64,000 nt of DNA from positions 32,001 through 96,000 of the forward strand of contig JBIOZG010000005.1 of the NCBI GenBank assembly GCA_044870765.1, read 5' to 3'. The stretch comes from Nitrososphaeraceae archaeon (GTDB lineage: Archaea; Thermoproteota; Nitrososphaeria; Nitrososphaerales; Nitrososphaeraceae). Positions 1-9,484 of this stretch are shown piece after piece. Position numbers and translations under genes: made by a program. The notes under the pieces were generated by a model. The model was not told where the DNA came from, made no database searches, and worked only from the letters and a program-made list of their open reading frames with translations. Within the stretch, counting starts at the first letter, position 1. Each line of letters opens with the position of its first letter.

Positions 1-22
1 GTCGAATCGCAATAAATTGAGA

Positions 23-913
23 CTAACCTGGTGTATAACCCTTACTTTTTAGTTGAGCAGCCAAATTATTAGCTTTCATTGCTGATTTTGAAATTATTAG
101 TCCTGCAGTCTCGTTTGTCAATATGTTTGATTCTATTGCAAGTGTTTGTGCGTTTCTAGATGCCTTGGACAATAAGTATCCGATTGTTTCCTTTGTAAAG
201 TAACTAGATTCAATAGCAAGGGCAATAGATTCGTTGTGTGCTCTGCCTAATTCATTCTTAAATTCATTTAAATCAATTCTTAAATCATTTTCCTCAAATA
301 CTAATTTGTCTGAAAGCGCATAGTTTACTACAATTCCTGCTTCAATAGGTTTTATGTTTAACTTTGAAAGTAGAGATGCAAGCTTTGTGGAAATCACATC
401 TCCGGGCTTTGCGACGACAGTATCTTTACTAACCCATATTGTACCTTGATCTATCTTTGTAGGCACACTTGCTTCTTTGAATTCTGACAATACAGGCCCT
501 GGGGTTATTCCTGTGTCACCAGATGCAATCATTATTTCAGTTCTTGTAACATCCCCACCCTTTGCAGCTAGGAATACCTTATTTTGATCAAAAATAAGGT
601 TAAGCTTGAATGGACTTATGTTGGTAAACATTAGAGCACATTGTCCTTCTAGCTGGGAACTTAATTTCTCAATTCCATGTACTTCTGACAGTTTTTCAAA
701 TGCCCTTTGTGTTACCCTATTTTTTATTACTTTGATGATGATGTCTTTGTGGAACTTCTTCCTTATCATCATTAACTGCGTAGCTCTAACCTTGTTTACC
801 TTAGAGAGTGCTATGACATTATAAGACTTTGGAAGTTCGATCATTTTCTGATATAGCTCTTGCTTTCCTTTAGGATAAGTTGTTCTCGCGTGCTTGTTGT
901 CAGTCATTATCAC
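23..913 (-). CDS. rpl10: 50S ribosomal protein uL10 (P0)
   Basis: KNRV..AF, GDTGITPGP, KLNIKPIEAG motifs of archaeal L10/P0; directly downstream of L1. Confidence 0.95.
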   Translation of the reverse strand: MIMTDNKHARTTYPKGKQELYQKMIELPKSYNVIALSKVNKVRATQLMMIRKKFHKDIIIKVIKNRVTQRAFEKLSEVHGIEKLSSQLEGQCALMFTNISPFKLNLIFDQNKVFLAAKGGDVTRTEIMIASGDTGITPGPVLSEFKEASVPTKIDQGTIWVSKDTVVAKPGDVISTKLASLLSKLNIKPIEAGIVVNYALSDKLVFEENDLRIDLNEFKNELGRAHNESIALAIESSYFTKETIGYLLSKASRNAQTLAIESNILTNETAGLIISKSAMKANNLAAQLKSKGYTPG

Positions 914-923
914 ATCTCGCCTT

Positions 924-1592
924 TTACTTTTTGTTTTTCTCCGGAGCTACTGCCGAAGCCTTGGAGGGTTTGCTCATTGTAAATTTTATGATAGCATTAT
1001 GAATATTTTTGTCGCCCTGTGGCAATTTCTTTTCAACTGCTGATATAATCGCCTGCGCATTGCTCGCAAGTTGCTCGTCTTGCATTTTTTCGTCACCTAT
1101 CTTGGCAGAAATATTGAGTTGATTCTTTGCTCTTGCTCTAACTGATCCCCTGAATCTATCTGCAATGTTCTCTATAGGCGCCCCATATGCAAGTGGAGAT
1201 GGCATTTTACCCTTAGGTCCCATGAATTGTCCCAACGAGCGACCTACTTTGGACATTAATGTAGTATCGGCCAGGAAGAAATCATAAGCCTTTACAACTT
1301 TTCTTGCGTCCTTTTTGTTAGTGCCAAGTCTGTCCAACTCATCAGGTTCTATTACTCTATCAACCTCAGCTTTTCTTGCTCTTGTTCCCATGTCACCTGA
1401 CGCAAATACACATATGGTCGAAGTTTTTGTGGACTTGTTTGGAAGATTTACCACCTCGTTAACGCTGAATCCCTTTTTAACATCAATATCTTTTAAAATC
1501 AGTGTTAATTCTGCAGATTGAGTGAAATTACGTTTTTTAATTCCATCACGAGCATTCTTTATAATGCCATTTAACTGATTATCATCAAACAT
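924..1592 (-). CDS. rpl1: 50S ribosomal protein uL1
   Basis: KRNFTQSAEL, LGQFMGPKGKMPSP, KFTMSKP motifs of L1. Confidence 0.96.
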   Translation of the reverse strand: MFDDNQLNGIIKNARDGIKKRNFTQSAELTLILKDIDVKKGFSVNEVVNLPNKSTKTSTICVFASGDMGTRARKAEVDRVIEPDELDRLGTNKKDARKVVKAYDFFLADTTLMSKVGRSLGQFMGPKGKMPSPLAYGAPIENIADRFRGSVRARAKNQLNISAKIGDEKMQDEQLASNAQAIISAVEKKLPQGDKNIHNAIIKFTMSKPSKASAVAPEKNKK

Positions 1593-1741
1593 CGTTGAAA
1601 TTTTTAGAATTTAAGCCTCTTATAAACGTGAGTTGAAATTTGGAATCAAATTGATCTTGAAGGTGACGGTAAAATGCTATAATGACATCCACTTGACTGA
1701 CCGGCACTAATAACATTTGTATATTCTCCGAATTAGTGGCA

Positions 1742-1831
1742 CGGGCCCGGAGGGCTTCGATCCCTCGACTTCCGGCTCTCTTTGTTAAAACTTAGAAGGC
1801 AGGCGCTCTATCCAAGCTGAGCTACGAGCCC
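1742..1831 (-). tRNA. tRNA-Arg(UCU) with 15-nt canonical 37/38 intron (1778-1792)
   Basis: Minus strand folds as GGGCTCG/CGGGCCC acceptor, GCTC/GAGC D-stem, CCTGC-CT-TCT-A[AGTTTTAACAAAGAG]A-GCCGG anticodon arm, GAGGG-ATCGAAG-CCCTC T-arm. Confidence 0.92.
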
Positions 1832-2054
1832 ATGAGGCATTGCTCATTTGCAAATCCTTTGCAAAAAGGAAATAAAATATTGACTTATAAACTGTTCAAA
1901 AGTTTCCGAGCAAAAAGAAATTACCAATAACTAGGTTTATGGATCCAGTTCTGGTTATGAAGTTGGCCTTAAGTGTGGAGGACATCAGTTCCAAAATAAT
2001 CATGTTTTGTTATAAAGCATTTAGCCAAATTTCACTTCATATTTCAGATAACTA

Positions 2055-2687
2055 CTACCATTTTGTGACTTTAACAACTTCGAATGCTTCAGCATATTTG
2101 GCATCTACTTGATATCCTCTATAAGAACATCTACCGATTACCGCAGGTATCCAAATCTCTCCGCAACGGTTAAATTGAGATTGAAAACATTCAAGTGCAT
2201 TTTTCTTTATATCTATTGTTTCAGTGATATCCACAAATAATTGTGGTCTAAATGAATTTTCAGTAATGCCTCCTGGTATCGTAGTTTCATACATGAACAA
2301 GTTATTCTGGTTTCTACAAGCTGAAATCACACTTCTAGTTAAAATTTGATGATCCTGATGAGAATCACCGTACCACTGAGTGAAAACCGAATCTGGTTTG
2401 TGTTCTGTAATCAAAGAATCAATCAAGGTAACCAATTTTCTACCAAACACCATTTGTTCAGGAGACAGGTCAAGAAATATTGGAGATTTACACCCCATTA
2501 CTTTAGCTGCCAAAATTGACTCTGACTTTCTTCCTTCTTTTGTATCTGACTTTATAAAATTTGGTAACGTAGCTATGATTGGCTGAACGATATAGCCCAT
2601 GGTGGAAAGTTTAGCAATGGTACCACCCATGCCAATTTCAAGGTCGTCTGGATGTGCTCCAAAAGCTATAATTGTTTTAGATTCCAT
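2055..2687 (-). CDS. PIG-L/LmbE family N-acetylhexosamine deacetylase
   Basis: AHPDD metal motif and DSHQDH motif. Confidence 0.9.
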   Translation of the reverse strand: MESKTIIAFGAHPDDLEIGMGGTIAKLSTMGYIVQPIIATLPNFIKSDTKEGRKSESILAAKVMGCKSPIFLDLSPEQMVFGRKLVTLIDSLITEHKPDSVFTQWYGDSHQDHQILTRSVISACRNQNNLFMYETTIPGGITENSFRPQLFVDITETIDIKKNALECFQSQFNRCGEIWIPAVIGRCSYRGYQVDAKYAEAFEVVKVTKW

Positions 2688-2714
2688 ACAAACAGATCAA
2701 GATTGTTTTCCTAT

Positions 2715-3659
2715 TTATGAACTGTTAATGGCATGCGGAATCAACCTGGCACCTCTCAATTCTCTGAATCTTCGGTATTCCTTGTCGACTTCCATTGCGG
2801 ACATCAATATCTTACTTTTTATTGATTTTGACGACTGCAGGAACATCTTTGTGTCCTTGGGTAAACAATGTCCTCCGACTCCATCACGAGGTTCAAGAAT
2901 TTTTACATTCCATTTTGTGTTCAAGGAATCTCTCAGTTCTCCAAAGTTAACATTATTGGCCTGACAGTAGAGATACAAATCTTCGGAAAAGGCTATTTGC
3001 AGATACCTGTCGGCATTTTCGATTATTTTAGTCAGTTCTGCAATCTCTATTTCAGATACGGGGTGCATAGGAATACCAAGATCGACAGCTGTGGTTTGAG
3101 AGTCTCCGCTTGTATCTTCTTTATTAGTGATGTCGTTAAATTCAAGAGCTACATTATTCCTGTCGTAGAACTGAAGTGCTGTCTTTAGACAACAGTCACT
3201 TACTCCACCGATTACTCTGACTTGATTAACCCCGTGTATTTCTTCTTCAAGTGCATACCATCTGTGAGGAACATGTGCCACGTGAAGTCTGTGGTTTAGA
3301 ATTTCAAAAATTTTCTTTGAAGTTCCTTTTGGCACAGTACTTTCTATGGAAACAAGGGAACCGTTCTTTGCTTCTTTAGAGATTTTTCTTGCTAGCTCAA
3401 AAAGACCATCTACATATGGTGTATATTCGTCATCGGGATCGTGTGTAGAAACGCACAAAATAAAAACATCAATTTCATCAAATTGTTCAATACTCTTAAT
3501 TCCAAAGTTTTTCTCGGCCTGCTTCATTCTCTCCGAGTTCATATCATATCCAAATGTCTCGAAACCTCTTTGTTTCACATATTTTGCAACAGGCAAACCT
3601 AATTGCCCAAGACCTATAACTAAAACTTTATTGATTTGAAATCCTAATTCTGAGTGCAT
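2715..3659 (-). CDS. UDP-glucose/GDP-mannose (nucleotide-sugar) dehydrogenase family, C-terminally short
   Basis: GLGQLG Rossmann motif, IESTVPKGT, ELTKIIEN, GVGGHCLPKD; only 314 aa, C-terminal domain absent. Confidence 0.85.
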   Translation of the reverse strand: MHSELGFQINKVLVIGLGQLGLPVAKYVKQRGFETFGYDMNSERMKQAEKNFGIKSIEQFDEIDVFILCVSTHDPDDEYTPYVDGLFELARKISKEAKNGSLVSIESTVPKGTSKKIFEILNHRLHVAHVPHRWYALEEEIHGVNQVRVIGGVSDCCLKTALQFYDRNNVALEFNDITNKEDTSGDSQTTAVDLGIPMHPVSEIEIAELTKIIENADRYLQIAFSEDLYLYCQANNVNFGELRDSLNTKWNVKILEPRDGVGGHCLPKDTKMFLQSSKSIKSKILMSAMEVDKEYRRFRELRGARLIPHAINSS

Positions 3660-3882
3660 TTTTGCTGATATTAAAGATTCATAATATAATTATTAAAGGC
3701 TTGAGATGGAATAAAACTTAAGTTAATCACTAAAGAAATTTCTATTTTGTTCATATAGAACTATTTTTATAAACGTGTGATATCTTGATCAACATAAGGC
3801 TAATTTTGTCCCCTCTGATTTTTGCCGAGCTTTGATCAAATTACTTGCTAGATATAAATAATCAAGCTAGAATAATAGATAT

Positions 3883-5094
3883 GTGATAAGAATTGGTTTA
3901 ATAGGTAAAACAAATACTGGAAAAACTACTTTCTTTAACTCGGCTACTTTGGGAAATGAAGAAATTGCTAATTACCCATTTACAACAAAAAAACCAATTC
4001 ATGGAAATGCCCACGTAATTACCTTGTGTGTCCATAAGGAATTTGGAGTTGTTGACAATCCACGAAATTCTCTCTGTCATGACGGATGGCGATTTATTCC
4101 TGTAGAACTGATAGACCTTCCTGGACTCATAAAAGGTGCATGGGAAGGTAAAGGACTTGGTAACCAGTTTTTATCCGTTGCCGCACAATCTGATGTCTTA
4201 CTCCACATCGTAGATGCATCAGGAAGTATTGACGCATCTGGTAAAATCGCTGAAGCTGGCGTCGGAGACCCAATTGCCGATGTATCCGATATAGAAGAAG
4301 AACTCGTACTATGGTATTTGAAATTATTTGAGGGAAATCGAGAGAAAATATCTAGAATGACCAACACCGGCATGGACGTGGCTCGTGCTGTTACTGAAAT
4401 ATTTGGCGGTATTGGAGTGAAAGAATGGCACGTAAAAAAATCAATAGCTGAAAATAATCTTGCCGACAAGAATATACATGAGCTCGATTCGGATGAAAGT
4501 CGAAAATTTGTTTCTACCCTTAGGGAAATATCAAAACCTTCGCTAATCGTAGCAAACAAGATAGATCTTCATCCGGCTGCAGAAAATTTCAAGAGGCTTC
4601 GTGAACACAATAAGCATATGTTTGTAATTCCTTCGAGTGCGGATGCTGAGCTTACTCTGCGTCGAGCACAGAACAGGGGTTTGATAAAATATTCTCCAGG
4701 AGACGAAATATTTGATATATTTGAAAATACAGTTCTTAACGAAAAGCAAAAGTGGGCACTCAATTTCATCAGAAAAGATGTGTTAGGTGAGTATCTTAGA
4801 ACGGGAGTGCAGTTTGCATTAAACATTGCTGTTTTCAAGTTATTAAACATGAACGTAGTTTACCCTGTTTCCGATCCAAACAAGTTGTCAGATAAAAAGG
4901 GTAACGTACTTCCAGATGCCTTTCTTATGAAAAATGGTTCCTCTGTGCAGGATCTTGCAGGTGATATACACACAGAATTATCAAAAGGTATTGTTTATGC
5001 AGTCGATGTTAGAAACGGTTTAAGATTACCCGGTGACTATCAAATAAAAGACAGAGATGTATTGTCTATAGTTTCAACAATGATAAAAAAATAA
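3883..5094 (+). CDS. ychF: YchF/Ola1-related Obg-family NTPase with TGS domain
   Basis: GKTNTGKTT, NYPFTT, DLPGL, NKID; C-terminal TGS-like DIHTEL. Confidence 0.9.
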   Translation: MIRIGLIGKTNTGKTTFFNSATLGNEEIANYPFTTKKPIHGNAHVITLCVHKEFGVVDNPRNSLCHDGWRFIPVELIDLPGLIKGAWEGKGLGNQFLSVAAQSDVLLHIVDASGSIDASGKIAEAGVGDPIADVSDIEEELVLWYLKLFEGNREKISRMTNTGMDVARAVTEIFGGIGVKEWHVKKSIAENNLADKNIHELDSDESRKFVSTLREISKPSLIVANKIDLHPAAENFKRLREHNKHMFVIPSSADAELTLRRAQNRGLIKYSPGDEIFDIFENTVLNEKQKWALNFIRKDVLGEYLRTGVQFALNIAVFKLLNMNVVYPVSDPNKLSDKKGNVLPDAFLMKNGSSVQDLAGDIHTELSKGIVYAVDVRNGLRLPGDYQIKDRDVLSIVSTMIKK

Positions 5095-5223
5095 GAGACG
5101 AGAGAAGAAATGAAAGAAATGAAAGAAAAGGAAACAGTGTACCAAATCAAATAATCTTGCAATTTAATCATGATAGTAATTGAAATTTATGATTCAACTG
5201 TCCAAAAATAACTAGATTAGGGA

Positions 5224-5406
5224 CTATTTTTTGTAGTCACTTAATACGTCTCTATATCTTACGTCCCTGTAGGCAATGTACTTTACATATTCACCATAAG
5301 TCATTTCTAGACTGCAGAATTGACACTTTACAAAGCTAAAATCATCTGAAAGCTCGGCAGGTTTCCTGCAATCAGGACAAACAATCTTCATAATATCTTT
5401 AACCAA
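5224..5406 (-). CDS. small Zn-ribbon protein (CxxC...CxxC)
   Basis: CPDC-x14-CQFC; co-oriented directly downstream of rpoP. Confidence 0.65.
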   Translation of the reverse strand: MVKDIMKIVCPDCRKPAELSDDFSFVKCQFCSLEMTYGEYVKYIAYRDVRYRDVLSDYKK

Positions 5407-5445
5407 AAACTGGCAAATAAGCGTTGGCAGTCTGACTGAAATATG

Positions 5446-5652
5446 TTATATTGCTTTTACTTGCTTTACGATAGGCTGCCTTGCCTTTCGAAATACCCTA
5501 AATCCACAAATACACTTTATTTCAGGGAGTTTAGAGAGTTCTTCGTTAGAAACAGGAGTACCGCATCGCATGCATTCGTAAATAACATTTCCTACCGAGT
5601 TTTCACTTGGGATAGTGCTAGTGTCGCCTTCTCCCTTATTTTCGCTTGCCAC
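5446..5652 (-). CDS. rpoP: DNA-directed RNA polymerase subunit Rpo12 (P)
   Basis: YECMRCG...IKCICGFRVFRKARQPIVKQVKAI; GTG at 5652 chosen as likely start (ORF open to 5733). Confidence 0.88.
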   Translation of the reverse strand: MASENKGEGDTSTIPSENSVGNVIYECMRCGTPVSNEELSKLPEIKCICGFRVFRKARQPIVKQVKAI

Positions 5653-5751
5653 AAACACTCTCTTATTCCATTGAAATTTATTTGTTTTTCTCAATTTTTC
5701 AATAGGTTCTATATTTGAGTAGAATATGGACAATCAATACATTTGGCAGAT

Positions 5752-6708
5752 TCAGCTCGAGTTTAATGATCTCTTTATCGCCATCTGCATTTCTTTTATG
5801 CAGGCATTAGGATTTCTCGGGTCATTTTCCAATCTTCCACCAGAAGCAAATTCATGTCCGCCGCCTTCAACGAGAAACGACGCTACTTCATTACATGAAA
5901 TTTTTTTTGTATTCCTTCTGATGCTTACTTTTCCCTCCTTATTGAAGAGCATAACCAGGTCAATTTTCATTTTGGAGAATATTTCATTGGCAAAAAGGCT
6001 TGCCTGAACAAGTGGGTATGTGAAAACAAATGCCACGTCAAATGAGTTGACTTTCTTAATAACAAGTGTATTAAAGGACTTGCTTTTTTGAAAGTCGCTC
6101 AATTTGGCGAATTTTACGTAATCAAGCTGCATCTCATGGTCCCATAACACTCCTATCGATGCTTTTCGAACTAGAGATTCAAGTTTTTGTCTGGATCTTG
6201 AACTATTTCGGTAAAAATGGATTAATTCAGAGACTCTGGAATCATGATTCTTGACATCCGTCATAAAATCAGAGATATGTGCTATCAGTTTTAGCTGTCT
6301 TGCAATTTTGCTCTTGTTCAGGAGTCTATCATACATGATCTCAGTTGCACATTTCTTTCCAGTGGGGTCGTGATACAATTTAATCAATTTTCGAATTGAC
6401 GCAAGGCTTTGTCTGTGCCAGGGATGATGATCGACCCAAATTATCGACCACCGTCTCGTTTTCAGATATCGAATTGTATCTATGCATAACTGTGATACAC
6501 TATCATCATTTATGCCAAGATCAGAAATAATTACAAGTCCGCCTACTGCCTTTTTTGCTTCATCTTTCAGATAATCAAACATTTTTTTGAAATAATCTAG
6601 ACCGTAATTATAGAAAGAAACATGAGCATTAGGATATTTTATCAAGGCAACAGAAGCAGAATACATACCATCAATATCGGCTTCATGTGAGCATATTATT
6701 ACACGCAT
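5752..6708 (-). CDS. DHH/DHHA1 family phosphoesterase
   Basis: HEADIDG, ISDLG, VDHH, GGGHEFASG motifs. Confidence 0.88.
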   Translation of the reverse strand: MRVIICSHEADIDGMYSASVALIKYPNAHVSFYNYGLDYFKKMFDYLKDEAKKAVGGLVIISDLGINDDSVSQLCIDTIRYLKTRRWSIIWVDHHPWHRQSLASIRKLIKLYHDPTGKKCATEIMYDRLLNKSKIARQLKLIAHISDFMTDVKNHDSRVSELIHFYRNSSRSRQKLESLVRKASIGVLWDHEMQLDYVKFAKLSDFQKSKSFNTLVIKKVNSFDVAFVFTYPLVQASLFANEIFSKMKIDLVMLFNKEGKVSIRRNTKKISCNEVASFLVEGGGHEFASGGRLENDPRNPNACIKEMQMAIKRSLNSS

Positions 6709-6903
6709 TATTCAAAGTGAGTTTGAACTGAATATGTATCTAGTGTCTCATCATTTTCTCAATTTGGCGTCTAGTAATACATGAAAATGATAATCGTTAA
6801 CGAGAGTTGCGCTAACGCCGAATTGGGTAAAATTCATAATGAAAAGAGCCCCCAAGAATAATTTTATATTTAATAGAATCTGTCAGATAATACATTACGG
6901 ATT

Positions 6904-7446
6904 ATGTACTACTCCATTGAAAAAAGAATATCTGCTAGAACTGTATATCTCATAGTTTTTTACATATCCGCTATTATGATGGCCGCTATTACGTTCTATG
7001 CGCTGTACCAGAGTATAATTGAATTTGCAGCCACAGGTAAAATAGTGATAGGAGAAATTCTCGTAAAAACAGAATTTCCATTTAAGGGACTTTCAAAGCT
7101 AGTTACCTACCTGATGATTGTTTCTGTAGTTTCATGGTATTGTGTTACCAAACTTGGTGGTGACAAAGTCAAGGAAGTCTCCCCAGCACTGCGTTCTATC
7201 TTCCAGCTTATCGTGTTAGCAATTGTTGTTATTTCGCTATACGAATTTGTCTATAATTTTGTTGTATGGAGTTCACTAATAACTATCAATGCACTTGGTG
7301 GAAGCATAAATTTGGACAGTATTAATATCCCGTATCCCAATCCTCAAACCCCTTGGAATTTGGTATTTGCTACCAAGATGTCGCTTGCAGCATTTTTAAT
7401 ATCTTCTCATGCGTTTTATATTATTTCAAAAAAGGGCAAGACGTAG
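6904..7446 (+). CDS. hypothetical integral membrane protein (~4 TM)
   Basis: 180 aa ORF with four hydrophobic segments; TATA-like TTTTATAT upstream. Confidence 0.75.
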   Translation: MYYSIEKRISARTVYLIVFYISAIMMAAITFYALYQSIIEFAATGKIVIGEILVKTEFPFKGLSKLVTYLMIVSVVSWYCVTKLGGDKVKEVSPALRSIFQLIVLAIVVISLYEFVYNFVVWSSLITINALGGSINLDSINIPYPNPQTPWNLVFATKMSLAAFLISSHAFYIISKKGKT

Positions 7447-7560
7447 CTCAAAAATACACCAATTATATACAGAATGAAAAGCAAAGCAATGAAAGCAATG
7501 GAGCACGGTAAACTTTAGGCAAAGTTATATGCCCGTTTTTTACTCACAGAATATAGCAAT

Positions 7561-8019
7561 ATGGCTTCTACTGATAATTCTAAAGACCAAGTCTCAGCTG
7601 AACAAAAAGTTAACGAGATGATTCAACAATCAAAAATTCTTGAAGCTTATATGAATGATATTTTAACAAAAGAATCGACAGTTAATAGACTAATTGCAGA
7701 AGCCCATCTGGCTTCTGAGGCAATTCAAGAATTATCGTCTTCCGCTAAGCAGGAAGAATCTCTTGTCCCAATTGGAATTGGTATTTATCTTAAAGTGTCT
7801 GTCCCTGCAGTAACTAATCTTCTAGTTAACGTAGGTTCGGGTGTTACTATTGAAAAGTCGAAAGAAAACACAAAGAATTATGTAGAGTCAAAAATCAAGG
7901 AATTTGAGCTTGCATCAAAACAATTACAATCACAGAAAGAACAGGTGGCGATTCGTATGAATCAACTCCAAAACGAAATAAATTCTGAAATTCAAAAATC
8001 ACAGCACACTCCAGCTTAG
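7561..8019 (+). CDS. pfdA: prefoldin subunit alpha
   Basis: LVPIGIGIYL and LLVNVGSGVTIEKS beta-hairpins between coiled coils; upstream of ftsY. Confidence 0.9.
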   Translation: MASTDNSKDQVSAEQKVNEMIQQSKILEAYMNDILTKESTVNRLIAEAHLASEAIQELSSSAKQEESLVPIGIGIYLKVSVPAVTNLLVNVGSGVTIEKSKENTKNYVESKIKEFELASKQLQSQKEQVAIRMNQLQNEINSEIQKSQHTPA

Positions 8020-8041
8020 TTGGATTCAGGTTGTTCTCCGT

Positions 8042-9484
8042 TTGTTTGAAAAGTTAAAAAAAATATTCTCTGAAACCGCAAAGAGTCTTGGTCAAAAATC
8101 AATTTCTAAAAAAGAGATTGACAGTATCTTTGACAAATTGGAGATAAGTTTAATGGAAAATGATGTAGCTCAAGAAATTGTAGACAAGCTAACATCCAAA
8201 ACAAAAAATGAAATACAGAATTTGAAATTGGAACGGTCAGAAGATTCAGAGCAGGTAATAACAACAAAATTATATTCTTTTCTATCCGATTTATTTTTAT
8301 CAACAAATAACAAGACAGATATCATTCAATCCATACTGGAGAAGAAGAGATCCAAATCAGGACCATATTCTATTATCTTTCTTGGTATCAATGGAACAGG
8401 AAAGACTACTACTGTTGCAAAATTCTGTAAATTGTTGAGAGATCATGGTGTATCGGTCGCGCTGGCAGCTGCAGACACACATAGAGCTGGGGCTATTGAA
8501 CAGATAACTCATCATGGTGACAATCTCAATGTTAAAGTAATCACACAAAGATATGGGGCTGATCCATCTGCTGTCGCAAGGGATGCATTGGAGCACGCTC
8601 GAAAGAATTACATTGACGCTGTTTTAATAGACACAGCTGGCAGAATGCAGACTTCTAAGAACCTCATGGAGGAAGTCAGCAAGATAATTCGAGTTATAAA
8701 ACCTGATATGAAAATATTCGTTGGTGATTCCTTAGCAGGTAACGATACTGTTAACCAGGCAAGAGAATTCTTTGAGTACACTAATTACGACGGGTCCATA
8801 TTGACTAAAAGTGATGCTGATTCCAAAGGCGGGGCAGCTATTTCAATTGCTTATTTAACTCATAAACCCATTTTATATCTAGGAGTAGGACAAGGATATG
8901 ATGACCTGGCTGAATTTGATTACGACGCATTTCTTGATTCAATTTTCAAAGACAGATCATATGAAAAAAGCGGCGACAACCTGAAAGAATTAAAAGATGA
9001 TATTTTCGAACAAGAAACTTTTAACGATGTTCCCAAAACAGAATCACAAACTGATGAGAGTACTCTTGAAACATTAATCCCTGATACCAAAAAGTCTGTC
9101 GAATCTGATAAGTTGCTCGCGTCTTCTACAATAGCAGCGACAACTAATCCTATTGAGATTGACAAGGAGTTTGGTAGAAGCGAAATTACTAATGTTGGGA
9201 AGGAGGATCCAAATATTAGTAATAAAAAGGACAAAATCGATGATCGATTAGTAAAACAGAAAAATGAAATAAAAGCAAAAAAGGGTTCCTTTTTGAGATT
9301 TTTCAAAGAGAAAGATGACAAACAACAAGAAGTCCAAGATAATATCAACAAAGTTAAACAAAATGAAGATAAAGATATAAAAAGAAAAAAAGATAAAGAC
9401 ACAAGTAAGAAAGTCGCTGAAAGCAAAAGTGAGGATGAAGTAGTATATTTAACTGATGATGATATAGATGATCTTATTAAATAA
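8042..9484 (+). CDS. ftsY: SRP receptor FtsY with long charged C-terminal extension
   Basis: GINGTGKTTT, DTHRAGA, DTAGRMQ, TKSDADSKGG, GVGQGYDDL. Confidence 0.95.
   Translation: MFEKLKKIFSETAKSLGQKSISKKEIDSIFDKLEISLMENDVAQEIVDKLTSKTKNEIQNLKLERSEDSEQVITTKLYSFLSDLFLSTNNKTDIIQSILEKKRSKSGPYSIIFLGINGTGKTTTVAKFCKLLRDHGVSVALAAADTHRAGAIEQITHHGDNLNVKVITQRYGADPSAVARDALEHARKNYIDAVLIDTAGRMQTSKNLMEEVSKIIRVIKPDMKIFVGDSLAGNDTVNQAREFFEYTNYDGSILTKSDADSKGGAAISIAYLTHKPILYLGVGQGYDDLAEFDYDAFLDSIFKDRSYEKSGDNLKELKDDIFEQETFNDVPKTESQTDESTLETLIPDTKKSVESDKLLASSTIAATTNPIEIDKEFGRSEITNVGKEDPNISNKKDKIDDRLVKQKNEIKAKKGSFLRFFKEKDDKQQEVQDNINKVKQNEDKDIKRKKDKDTSKKVAESKSEDEVVYLTDDDIDDLIK

Noticed and set aside
5095-5140. Purine-rich AAGAAATGA tandem after ychF
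   Set aside because: Low-complexity sequence between convergent genes, consistent with a pyrimidine-rich terminator on the minus strand
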